Shown: one piece after another, positions 9,840 to 17,823 of the stretch
Numbering within the stretch: the stretch's first letter is position 1
Layout of the letters: each line of letters starts with the position of its first letter
DNA from: Acidobacteriota bacterium
GTDB taxonomy: Bacteria > Acidobacteriota > Vicinamibacteria > Vicinamibacterales > JAKQTR01
NCBI GenBank assembly: GCA_029562975.1
Contig: JAKQTR010000051.1
Coordinates: 330-64,329 of the forward strand
DNA: 64,000 nucleotides
Reading direction: 5' to 3'
Translations under genes and position numbers: made by a program
Notes under the pieces: model-generated
Databases searched by the model: none
Seen by the model: the letters and a program-made list of their open reading frames with translations, nothing else
Told to the model about the DNA's origin: nothing

Positions 9840-11146
9840 AGCTCGCGGTCGTCGTCCAGCGGTACGGCCTCGACATCAACGGCGGCGCGGAACTCCACGC
9901 CCGCTACGTCGCCGAGCGTCTGGCCGCCAAGGCGGACGTCGAGGTGCTCACGACCTGCGCCCGCGATTACGTCACGTGGCGCAACGAGCTGCCCGAGGGC
10001 GAGTCGCGGCTGAACGGCGTGCGCGTGCGGCGGTTCCGCGTCCGGCGCGAGCGCGACCCGGAGCGCTTCGGCCGCCTCTCGCTCGGCGTCTTCGAGCGCC
10101 CGCACTCGGTGGCGCAGGAGCTGGCCTGGCTCGCAAGCGAGGGCCCGCTGTCGCCGGGCCTCGTGGGGCACGTTCGCCGCAACGGGGCGGCCTACGACTA
10201 CCTCCTGTTCTTCAGCTACCGCTACTACCACGCCTACCACGGCGTCCGCGCCGTCCCGTCGCGCGCCGTGATCGTGCCCACCGCCGAGCGCGATCCCGCC
10301 ATCGGCGTGTCCATCTTCGGCCCGGTCTTCCGGGCCGCGCGCGCGATCATGTACAACTCCTTCGAGGAGCGGGCGCTCATCCAGGCGGCCTCGGGCAACG
10401 CGGGCGTGCCCAACGTGGTGGTCGGCGTCGGCTCGGAGGTCCCCGAGCGCACGGACCCGGCGCGGTTCCGCCGCAAGCACGGCCTCTTCTCGCCGTTCGT
10501 CGTCTACGTCGGCCGGATCGACGAGAACAAGGGCTGCCAGGAGCTGTTCGGGTTCTTCGAGCGCTACGCCAGGGCGGTGCCCGGCGATCTGTCGCTGGTC
10601 CTGATGGGGAACTCGATTCTGCCCATCCCCGATCACCCGCGCATCCGCCACCTGGGGTTCGTGAGCGACGAGGACAAGTTCGACGGCATCGCGGCCGCCG
10701 ATGCGCTCGTGATGCCGTCCTATTACGAGAGCCTGTCGATGGTGGCGCTGGAGGCGTGGGCCCTCGGGAAGCCGGTGCTGGCGAACGGCCGGTGCGACGT
10801 GCTGCAGGGCCAGTGCCTGCGGAGCAACGCCGGGCTGTTCTACGAGAACGAGGACGAGTTCATCGAGACGCTCGCGCTGCTCCAGCGCAACCGCCGCCTC
10901 GCTGAGGCGATGGGCCGCAACGGGCGCGAGTACTACCGGCGGCACTACGACTGGCCCGTCATCGTGCGCAAGTACCTGGACATGTTCGACCGGCTCCGGC
11001 GGGAGGACGCCTCGGGCGGGCCGCGCCCGGGCATCGAGCCGCTGCCGGGCTGGCTCGCGCGCCTGCGGAAGGACCGCCCGGCGGCCGCCAGGGTGGTGGA
11101 GGCCCTCCCGTCCGGGCCCGTGCGCCGCCAGGAGCGGCACCGATGA
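9836..11146 (+). CDS. GT4 glycosyltransferase, type A paralog 1
   Basis: MKLAVVVQRYGLDINGGAELHARY...TTCARDYVTWRNELPEG N-terminus and a C-terminal GT-B E(x7)E-like region ...PSYYESLSMVALEAWALGKPVL. Confidence 0.75.
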   Translation: MKLAVVVQRYGLDINGGAELHARYVAERLAAKADVEVLTTCARDYVTWRNELPEGESRLNGVRVRRFRVRRERDPERFGRLSLGVFERPHSVAQELAWLASEGPLSPGLVGHVRRNGAAYDYLLFFSYRYYHAYHGVRAVPSRAVIVPTAERDPAIGVSIFGPVFRAARAIMYNSFEERALIQAASGNAGVPNVVVGVGSEVPERTDPARFRRKHGLFSPFVVYVGRIDENKGCQELFGFFERYARAVPGDLSLVLMGNSILPIPDHPRIRHLGFVSDEDKFDGIAAADALVMPSYYESLSMVALEAWALGKPVLANGRCDVLQGQCLRSNAGLFYENEDEFIETLALLQRNRRLAEAMGRNGREYYRRHYDWPVIVRKYLDMFDRLRREDASGGPRPGIEPLPGWLARLRKDRPAAARVVEALPSGPVRRQERHR

Positions 11147-12372
11147 GCGGGGCGTCCGGCGCGCCGGCCGTGCACCAGGTCCTGGCGACCCTCGGGTACG
11201 GCGATGCCATCGGCCACGAGGTGCTGGGCATCCAGCGCGTGCTGCGCGGCGCGGGCTACGAGTCCGACATCTTCGTCGAGACGGCCGACCCGCGCCTGGA
11301 GGACCTCACGCGGGACTTCCGCGAGCTGCCGGAGTCGTCGCACCCGGACCGCATCCTGATTCACCATTTCTCGATCGGGTCCAAGGCGTCGCGCGTGGCC
11401 TACGCCCTGCCCGATCGGATGGTGCTCGTCTACCACAACATCACGCCGCCCGAGTACTTCCTGGACGTCCACCGCCAGCTCGTCCGGCTCTGCTACCACG
11501 GCCGGCGGGAGCTGGCCGCCTACGCGGGCCGCTGCGACCTGGCGCTGGGCGACTCGGAGTTCAACAGGCGCGAGCTGGAGGCGCTCGGCTTTCCCGAGAC
11601 GGGCGTGCTGCCCGTCGTGCCGGACTTCGCGCACCTGGACGGTCCGCCCAACGACGTCGTGGCGCGGGAGTTCGACGACGAGCGGACGAACGTGCTGTTT
11701 GTGGGCCGCATCATCCCGAACAAGCGGATTGAGAACGTCATCCGGTTCTTCGCGGCCTACAAGGCGCGCTACAACCCGCGCGCCCGGCTGCTCCTCGTGG
11801 GCTCGTACGGGGGCTTCGAGCGGTACCTGGCGATGCTGCAGGACCTGGCGGCGCGGCTGCACGTCGGCGACGTTCACTTCACGGGCCACGTGTCGGACGG
11901 GGAGCTGACGGCCTACTACGACGTCGCCGACGTCTTTCTCTGCGCGAGCGAGCACGAGGGGTTCTGCGTGCCGCTCGTCGAGGCGTTCTACAAGCGGATC
12001 CCCGTCCTGGCCCTGGCGCGCACGGCGGTGCCGGCGACCCTCGACGGTGCCGGGGTGCTGTACGACGAGCCCGATCCGGCCGACGTCGCGGCGCTCCTCG
12101 ACGCCGTCGCCGGCGACGCCGGGCTGCGGGAGCGGATCCTGGAGGGCCAGGACGCCGCGCTCGATCGCCTGCGGGCCCGCGACTTCGCGGGCACGCTCAC
12201 CGGCTTCGTGGAGCGCGTCCGGCGCGCGCCTCGCCGGCCCGCGCACCGCGTGGCCTGGGACTTCTGGCAGCAGGTGGACACGGCCGAGCGGCTCGAGCAG
12301 CAGCGGCTCTTCCGGCCGTCGCTCTACAAGGCCCTGCCGGCCTCGGCGCGGGCCAGCGGCCTCGGCTGGTAG
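11143..12372 (+). CDS. GT4 glycosyltransferase, type B paralog 1
   Basis: GDAIGHEVLGIQRVLR..., NITPPEYF, GDSEFNRRELEALGF, SEHEGFCVPLVEA. ATGA overlap with the upstream gene. Confidence 0.75.
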   Translation: MSGASGAPAVHQVLATLGYGDAIGHEVLGIQRVLRGAGYESDIFVETADPRLEDLTRDFRELPESSHPDRILIHHFSIGSKASRVAYALPDRMVLVYHNITPPEYFLDVHRQLVRLCYHGRRELAAYAGRCDLALGDSEFNRRELEALGFPETGVLPVVPDFAHLDGPPNDVVAREFDDERTNVLFVGRIIPNKRIENVIRFFAAYKARYNPRARLLLVGSYGGFERYLAMLQDLAARLHVGDVHFTGHVSDGELTAYYDVADVFLCASEHEGFCVPLVEAFYKRIPVLALARTAVPATLDGAGVLYDEPDPADVAALLDAVAGDAGLRERILEGQDAALDRLRARDFAGTLTGFVERVRRAPRRPAHRVAWDFWQQVDTAERLEQQRLFRPSLYKALPASARASGLGW

Positions 12373-12382
12373 GCGGGCCACG

Positions 12383-13447
12383 ATGGTGATCAACCAGTGG
12401 GTGCCGGCGGCGCATCGGGGCGACGCCATCGGCGACAGCGCGCGGGCGGTGCGCGCGCTGCTCCGGGCGCAGGGCCACGCGTCGGAGATCTTCGCCCTCA
12501 CGATCGACGACGACATGCGCGGCGACGCGCGGCCCTTCGCCGACCCGGCGGCCTCGCGGGGCGACGTCACCATCCTGCACTTCGCCCTGCCCTCGCCGAT
12601 GACCGAGGCGTTCGCCCGCCTGCCGCGCGGCCGCGTCCTGCAGTACCACAACATCACGCCGGCGCGCTTCTACGCCGCGTACGATCCCGGCATCTTCCGC
12701 CTGGCGGTGCTCGGACGCCGCGAGCTGGCCTCGCTCGCCGGCCGCACGGACCTGGCGCTGGGCGACTCCGAGTACAACCGGCGGGAGCTCGAGGCGCTCG
12801 GTTTTTCGCCCACGGGCGTCTTCCCGATCGCCGTCGACGCGCGCCGCATCACCGGCGCGCCGCGGACGCCGTCCCTCGAGAAGTGGCTCGACGACGGGCT
12901 GACGAACTTCCTGTTCGTCGGGCGCATGGTGCCCAACAAGAAGGTCGAGGACGTCATCCGCCTCGCCGAACACTACAAGCGCTACGTGGACGCGCACTAC
13001 CGGTTCATCTTCGTCGGCCGGCACGACGGGGTGCCGCGCTACACGAACATGCTGCGCGCGCTCATCGCCGAGCTCGGCTGGATGCCGGACCGGTTCTTGT
13101 TCACCGGCCCGGTCCCCGACCGCGAGCTGGCGGCCTACTACCGCTGCTCGAGCGTGTACATCTCGATGAGCGAGCACGAGGGGTTCTGCGTGCCGCTGCT
13201 GGAGGCGATGGCGGCCGATCTGCCGATCCTCGCCTACTCGTGCACCGCGATCCCGGACACGCTGGGCGGCGCCGGCGTGCAGTTCGCGCCGAAGGACTTC
13301 GAGCACGCCGCCGAGCTGCTCGGCATGCTCGCCTTCGACGACGGCCTGCGGGCCGCCGTGATCGAGGGCCAGCGGCGCCGGCTCTCGGACTTCTCGGCCG
13401 GGCGCATGGAGCGCGAGGTGCGGTCGCTCGTCGCGAGGTGCTCGTGA
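12383..13447 (+). CDS. GT4 glycosyltransferase, type B paralog 2
   Basis: MVINQWVPAAHRGDAIGDSA..., NITPARFY, GDSEYNRRELEALGF, SEHEGFCVPLLEA. Start ATG 12383 inside artefactual ORF 12047..13447. Confidence 0.75.
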   Translation: MVINQWVPAAHRGDAIGDSARAVRALLRAQGHASEIFALTIDDDMRGDARPFADPAASRGDVTILHFALPSPMTEAFARLPRGRVLQYHNITPARFYAAYDPGIFRLAVLGRRELASLAGRTDLALGDSEYNRRELEALGFSPTGVFPIAVDARRITGAPRTPSLEKWLDDGLTNFLFVGRMVPNKKVEDVIRLAEHYKRYVDAHYRFIFVGRHDGVPRYTNMLRALIAELGWMPDRFLFTGPVPDRELAAYYRCSSVYISMSEHEGFCVPLLEAMAADLPILAYSCTAIPDTLGGAGVQFAPKDFEHAAELLGMLAFDDGLRAAVIEGQRRRLSDFSAGRMEREVRSLVARCS

Positions 13448-13502
13448 CGTTCCGAGGAGCGGGCGGCGCCCGGGCCGCGCGGCCGGGCGGGGCGGGGCGC
13501 CG

Positions 13503-14567
13503 ATGACGGTCCAGCAGTGGCTGCCCGCGGCCCGCCGCGGCGACGCCGTCGGCGACAGCGCCCGCCTCATGCAGGCGCTGCTGCGCGCGCAGGGCCACGC
13601 TTCCGAGATCTTCGCGCTGGAGATCGAGCCCGATCTGCGGCGGGACGTGCGGCCGTTTCGCGGCCACGCCGAAGCGGGGGGCGACGTGACGCTCCTTCAT
13701 TTCGCGACGCCGTCGCCCCTGACCGGCGCCCTCGGCCGGCTGCGGCACGGCCGCGTGGTGCAGTACCACAACGTCACGCCGCCGCGCTTCTTCGCGCCGT
13801 TCTCGCCCGAGCTGGCCGCCCTCTCCGCCTGCGCCCGGCGGGAGCTCCGCGCCCTGTGCGACGCGGCCGACCTGGCCGCCGGGCCGTCCGAGTTCAACCG
13901 CCGCGAGCTGGAGGCCCTTGGCTTCGCCGAGACGAGGGTGCTGCCCCTCGCCGTGGACGTGGGACGGCTGAGGGACGCCCCGCCGCACCCGGTGATGGAT
14001 CGCTGGCTGCGCGACGGCCGTGTCAACCTGCTGTTTGTCGGCCGCGTCGCGCCCAACAAGAAGGTCGAGGACCTGCTGCGCCTGGCGGCGCGGTACCGGA
14101 GGCGCGTCGATCCGGACGCGCGCCTCGTGGTGGCCGGCCGCGACGACAGCGTCCCGCGCTACGCCGAGTTCCTGAGGCTGCTGGCCGCCCGCCTCGGCCT
14201 CGGCGCCGACGCCCTCGTCTTCACGGGCGCCCTGTCGGACGCGGCGCTGGCGGCCTGCTACCGCGCCGCCGGCGCGTACGTCTCGATGAGCGAGCACGAG
14301 GGCTTCTGCGCGCCGCTGGTCGAGGCCATGGCGATGGACGTGCCGATCCTGGCCTACGCGGGGGCGGCCGTGCCGGAGACCCTGGGCGGCGCCGGCGTGG
14401 CGTTCGCCCCCAAGGACCTGGACTGCGCAGCCGAGGCGCTCGGCCTGCTCGTCCACGACGCGCGCTTCCGGGCCTCGGTCATCGAGGGCCAGCGGCGGCG
14501 CCTCGCCCACTTCGAGATCGGCCGCGTCGGCGACGCCCTGCGGCGGATCGTGGAACGGTTCACATGA
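13503..14567 (+). CDS. GT4 glycosyltransferase, type B paralog 3
   Basis: MTVQQWLPAARRGDAVGDSA..., NVTPPRFF, PSEFNRRELEALGF, SEHEGFCAPLVEA. Confidence 0.75.
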   Translation: MTVQQWLPAARRGDAVGDSARLMQALLRAQGHASEIFALEIEPDLRRDVRPFRGHAEAGGDVTLLHFATPSPLTGALGRLRHGRVVQYHNVTPPRFFAPFSPELAALSACARRELRALCDAADLAAGPSEFNRRELEALGFAETRVLPLAVDVGRLRDAPPHPVMDRWLRDGRVNLLFVGRVAPNKKVEDLLRLAARYRRRVDPDARLVVAGRDDSVPRYAEFLRLLAARLGLGADALVFTGALSDAALAACYRAAGAYVSMSEHEGFCAPLVEAMAMDVPILAYAGAAVPETLGGAGVAFAPKDLDCAAEALGLLVHDARFRASVIEGQRRRLAHFEIGRVGDALRRIVERFT

Positions 14568-15823
14568 AGATCGCGTTCGTCATCCAGCGCTACGGGTCGG
14601 AGATCCTGGGGGGATCCGAGTACCACTGCCGCCTGATCGCCGAGCGGCTGGCCGAGCGGCACGACGTCGAGGTGCTGACCACGTGCGCCCGCGACTACAT
14701 CACGTGGAAGAACGAGTACCCCGAAGGGACGGACCGGGTGCGCGGCGTCACCGTGCGCCGCTTCGCCGTGGCGCACCCGCGGGACATCGAAGCGTTCAAC
14801 CGGTACTCGGACTGGATCTTCCACAACCCGCACTCGCGCGAGGACGAGCTCGAGTGGCTGCGGCAGCAGGGGCCGTGGTGCCCGGCCCTCGTCGAGCACC
14901 TCGAGCGCTCGCACCAGGCGTACGACGCGCTGATCTTCTTCACGTACCTCTACGCCCCGACCGTGCTGGGCCTGGCCGTCGCGCCCGGCAAGAGCATCCT
15001 GGTGCCGACCGCCCACGACGAGCCGGCCATCCACCTCGGCCTCTACCAGGAGGTGTTCGCCCTGCCGGCGGCCATCGCCTACAACACCGAGGTCGAGCGC
15101 CGCTTCCTCAGCCGGGGCTTCCCCATCCGCGCGATCGCGGAGGAAACCGTGGGCTGCGGGGTGGACCTGCCGCACCAGCCGTACCGGCGCGATCGCCCGG
15201 CCGGCGCCGGGGCCGGCCCGGCGGAGGGCGAGGAGCCCGCCGCGGGCCACGCGGGCCGCTTCGCGGCCCCGGCCCGCGGCGAGGCGTTCAGGGCACGCCA
15301 CAAGATCCACGGGCCCTTCGCGCTCTACGGCGGCCGCATCGAGAAGGGCAAGGGCTGCGAGGAGCTGGTCGAGTACTTCGGCACGTACCACGCCGGCGGC
15401 GGCCACCTGACGCTCGCCCTCATGGGCGTCAAGCTGATGCCGCTGCCGGAGGAGCCGTACATCCGCTTCGCGGGCCTGCTCTCGGAGCGCGAGCGCCTCC
15501 AGGCCCTCGAGGCCGCCTCCGTCGTCGTGCTGCCCTCGCCGTTCGAGAGCCTGTCGCTCATGGCCATCGAGGCCTTCGCCGTCGGCACGCCGGTCCTGGC
15601 CAACGCCCGCTGCGAGGTCCTGGTCGACCACTGCCTGCGGAGCAACGCCGGGCTGTTCTACGCCGACCGCGACGAGTTCGTCGAGTGCCTAAAGCTCCTG
15701 GCCGTGGACGACCGCCTGCGCGCGCAGATGGGCCGCAACGGCCGCGCCTACGTCCGCCGGCACTACCGCTGGGATCTCATCCTGGGGAAGTACGAGAAGC
15801 TGATGGGGGCGGTGAGGAAGTAG
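14564..15823 (+). CDS. GT4 glycosyltransferase, type A paralog 2
   Basis: MKIAFVIQRYGSEILGGSEYHCRL...TTCARDYITWKNEYPEG and PSPFESLSLMAIEAFAVGTPVL. ATG 14564 (ATGA overlap) inside artefactual ORF 13517..15823. Confidence 0.75.
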   Translation: MKIAFVIQRYGSEILGGSEYHCRLIAERLAERHDVEVLTTCARDYITWKNEYPEGTDRVRGVTVRRFAVAHPRDIEAFNRYSDWIFHNPHSREDELEWLRQQGPWCPALVEHLERSHQAYDALIFFTYLYAPTVLGLAVAPGKSILVPTAHDEPAIHLGLYQEVFALPAAIAYNTEVERRFLSRGFPIRAIAEETVGCGVDLPHQPYRRDRPAGAGAGPAEGEEPAAGHAGRFAAPARGEAFRARHKIHGPFALYGGRIEKGKGCEELVEYFGTYHAGGGHLTLALMGVKLMPLPEEPYIRFAGLLSERERLQALEAASVVVLPSPFESLSLMAIEAFAVGTPVLANARCEVLVDHCLRSNAGLFYADRDEFVECLKLLAVDDRLRAQMGRNGRAYVRRHYRWDLILGKYEKLMGAVRK

Positions 15824-15917
15824 AAGGTAAAGAAGGTAAAGAAGGTAAAGAAGGTAGAGAAGGTAGAGAAGGTAGAGAAGGGAAGAAAGGGAAAGAAGAG
15901 AAAGAAGGGAGGGGAGG
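15814..15917. repeat. purine-rich tandem 9-mer array (GAAGGTAAA x3, GAAGGTAGA x3, then degenerate units)
   Basis: Perfect units at 15823-15876, degenerating to GAAGGGAA/GAAAGGGAAA/GAAGAGAAA. It starts at the stop codon of the GT gene and ends at the GGAGG just before GTG 15921. Confidence 0.9.
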
Positions 15918-15920
15918 CGG

Positions 15921-16325
15921 GTGAAGGAGAAGGTGGGGGCTGAAGCAAAGGCTGGAGGGGACCGGGCGCCAGCCCGGAGCTTCCGCGATCTCATCGTCTG
16001 GCAGAAGGCGCACGAACTCGTGCTGGCCACCTACCGAGTCAGCGCGAGCTTTCCGAAGACAGAGAGCTTCGGCCTCACGGCTCAGATTCGGTCTGCTGCG
16101 GTGTCGATTGCCGCGAACATTGCGGAAGGATTCCGGCGGTCAGGCCGGTCTGACAAAGCACGAATGCTGAATGTCGCCCAAGGGTCCCTGGAGGAGGTCC
16201 GCTACTATCTGATTCTCGCCCGGGACCTGCAATACGGTGGGAACGCTGAGATCGACGGTCTCTTGGAGGATGTCAGCCGCCTGCTCAATGCCTATCGCCG
16301 CAAACTCCTGACTCCCCTCCCCTGA
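15921..16325 (+). CDS. four-helix-bundle protein (23S rRNA intervening-sequence protein / S23p family)
   Basis: SFRDLIVWQKAHELV...SIAANIAEGFRR.....F..A.GSLEE..Y.L.LARDL is the hallmark pattern of this family. Visibly more A/T-rich than its neighbours. GTG start is uncertain. Confidence 0.8.
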   Translation: MKEKVGAEAKAGGDRAPARSFRDLIVWQKAHELVLATYRVSASFPKTESFGLTAQIRSAAVSIAANIAEGFRRSGRSDKARMLNVAQGSLEEVRYYLILARDLQYGGNAEIDGLLEDVSRLLNAYRRKLLTPLP

Positions 16326-16327
16326 CT

Positions 16328-16408
16328 CCTGTACCTTCTCTACCTCCTGTACCTTCTCTACCTCCTGTACCTCCTGTACCTCCTGTACCTCCTCTACCTC
16401 CTACTCCC
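16328..16408. repeat. pyrimidine-rich tandem 9-mer array (CCTGTACCT / TCTCTACCT x9), inverted relative to 15814-15917
   Basis: Nine phased 9-mers. TCTCTACCT is the exact reverse complement of AGGTAGAGA from the upstream array. It overlaps the last codons of the four-helix gene and of the convergent response regulator. Confidence 0.9.
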
Positions 16409-17816
16409 CTCCCCCCTCCTCCCCATTCCTTCTTCGCTTCGTCACGATGTCGTGGCGCTTGATCATCTCGTTGAGCGTCGTGGGCTTGATGCGGAGCAGC
16501 TCGGCGGCGCGCTTCTGGACGCCTCCGGCGCTCTCGAGCGTCGTCTCGATGAGGCGCTTCTCGAAGCCCATCACGGCGTCCTTCAGCGAGAGCCCGTCGG
16601 GCGGGACGGCGACGGCCGGGACCTGAAACGAGGGCGGATGGCGCACGTGCTCGGGGATCAGCTCGACGCCGATCCGGGTCCCCTGCGTGAGCACCGCCCC
16701 GCGCTCGATCACGTTCTCGAGCTCGCGCACGTTGCCGGGCCACTGGTACGCCATCATCAGGTCGAGGGCCTCCGGCGCGAGCTCGAGCTCCGGCTTCCCG
16801 TTCTCCTCGCCGTACTTCTGCAGGAAGTGGCGGACGAGCAGCGGGATGTCGTCCCGGCGCTCGCGCAGCGGCGGCAGCTGGATGGTGATGACGTGCAGCC
16901 GGTAGTACAGGTCCTCGCGGAACTGCCCCTCCTCCATCATCCGGCCGAGATCGATGTTCGTGGCGGCGATGATGCGCACGTCCACCTTGATGGTCTCGAC
17001 GCCGCCCAGTCGCATGAACTCGCGCTCCTGGATGACCCGCAGGAGCTTCGGCTGCGTTTCGAGGGGAACGCTGCCGATCTCGTCGAAGAAGATGCTGCCG
17101 CGGTCGGCGACCTCGAAGAGGCCCTTCTTCGGGTACACCGCCCCGGTGAAGGCGCCCTTGACGTGGCCGAACAGGTTCGACTCGAGCAGGTCCGGCGGCA
17201 GGCTGCCGGAGTTCACGGTGACGAACGCGCGGTCCGCCCGCGGCGAGTGCGTGTGGATCGCGCGGGCGACGAGCTCCTTGCCGGTGCCGCTCTCGCCCTC
17301 GATGAGGATCGTGGACCGGCTGGGCGCCGCCTGGATGATCAGGTCGAACACGCGGCGCATCGACGGGCTCTTGCCGACGATGTTGTCGAACCGGTGGTAG
17401 CGCTCCTGGATGTTCTGGCGGAGCGACCGGTTCTCGGTCACGAGCCGCTTCCGCTCGACGGCGTTGCGCAGGACGAGCAGGACCTCGTCGTTCTTGAACG
17501 GCTTCGTGATGTAGTCCAGCGCCCCTCGCTTCATCGCGTCCACGGCGGCGTCCACCGAGGCGTAGGCGGTGACCATCACGACGGCCATGTCCTCGTCCAG
17601 CTTCTTCAGCTCGTCGAGGACGGTGAGCCCGTCCATGCCCGGCATCATCACGTCCACCAGCGCCGCGTCGAACGGGACGGAGCGCGCCAGGTCGAGGCCC
17701 TCGGCCCCGCCCGAGGCGACGCGGACGTCGTAGCCCTCGGGCGCCAGGAGCGCCTCGAGGATGTCCCGCATGACCTCCTCGTCGTCGATGACCAGGATGG
17801 ATCCCGCGCGCGCCAT
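16401..17816 (-). CDS. sigma-54-dependent response regulator (REC + AAA+ + Fis-type HTH; NtrC family)
   Basis: ILVIDDEE...DVMMPGMDG receiver, GESGTGKE Walker A, GAFTGA, ESNLFGH, RELENVIER, and a C-terminal HTH ...AAELLRIKPTTLNEMIKR. Confidence 0.9.
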   Translation of the reverse strand: MARAGSILVIDDEEVMRDILEALLAPEGYDVRVASGGAEGLDLARSVPFDAALVDVMMPGMDGLTVLDELKKLDEDMAVVMVTAYASVDAAVDAMKRGALDYITKPFKNDEVLLVLRNAVERKRLVTENRSLRQNIQERYHRFDNIVGKSPSMRRVFDLIIQAAPSRSTILIEGESGTGKELVARAIHTHSPRADRAFVTVNSGSLPPDLLESNLFGHVKGAFTGAVYPKKGLFEVADRGSIFFDEIGSVPLETQPKLLRVIQEREFMRLGGVETIKVDVRIIAATNIDLGRMMEEGQFREDLYYRLHVITIQLPPLRERRDDIPLLVRHFLQKYGEENGKPELELAPEALDLMMAYQWPGNVRELENVIERGAVLTQGTRIGVELIPEHVRHPPSFQVPAVAVPPDGLSLKDAVMGFEKRLIETTLESAGGVQKRAAELLRIKPTTLNEMIKRHDIVTKRRRNGEEGGGE

Positions 17817-17823
17817 GGGCCTG

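Noticed and set aside
15689-16030. Minus-strand ORFs reading through the 9-mer array (…LLYLLYLLYLLYLL…, …FSTFSTFSTFFTFFTF…).
   Set aside because: These are translations of the tandem repeat itself. They have no start context and overlap the GT gene end and the four-helix-bundle gene.
15814-16425. A CRISPR array or a diversity-generating retroelement around the four-helix-bundle (Avd-like) gene.
   Set aside because: The repeats are contiguous 9-mers without unique spacers, so this is not a CRISPR array. No reverse transcriptase or template/variable repeat pair is present within the window, so a DGR is unsupported.
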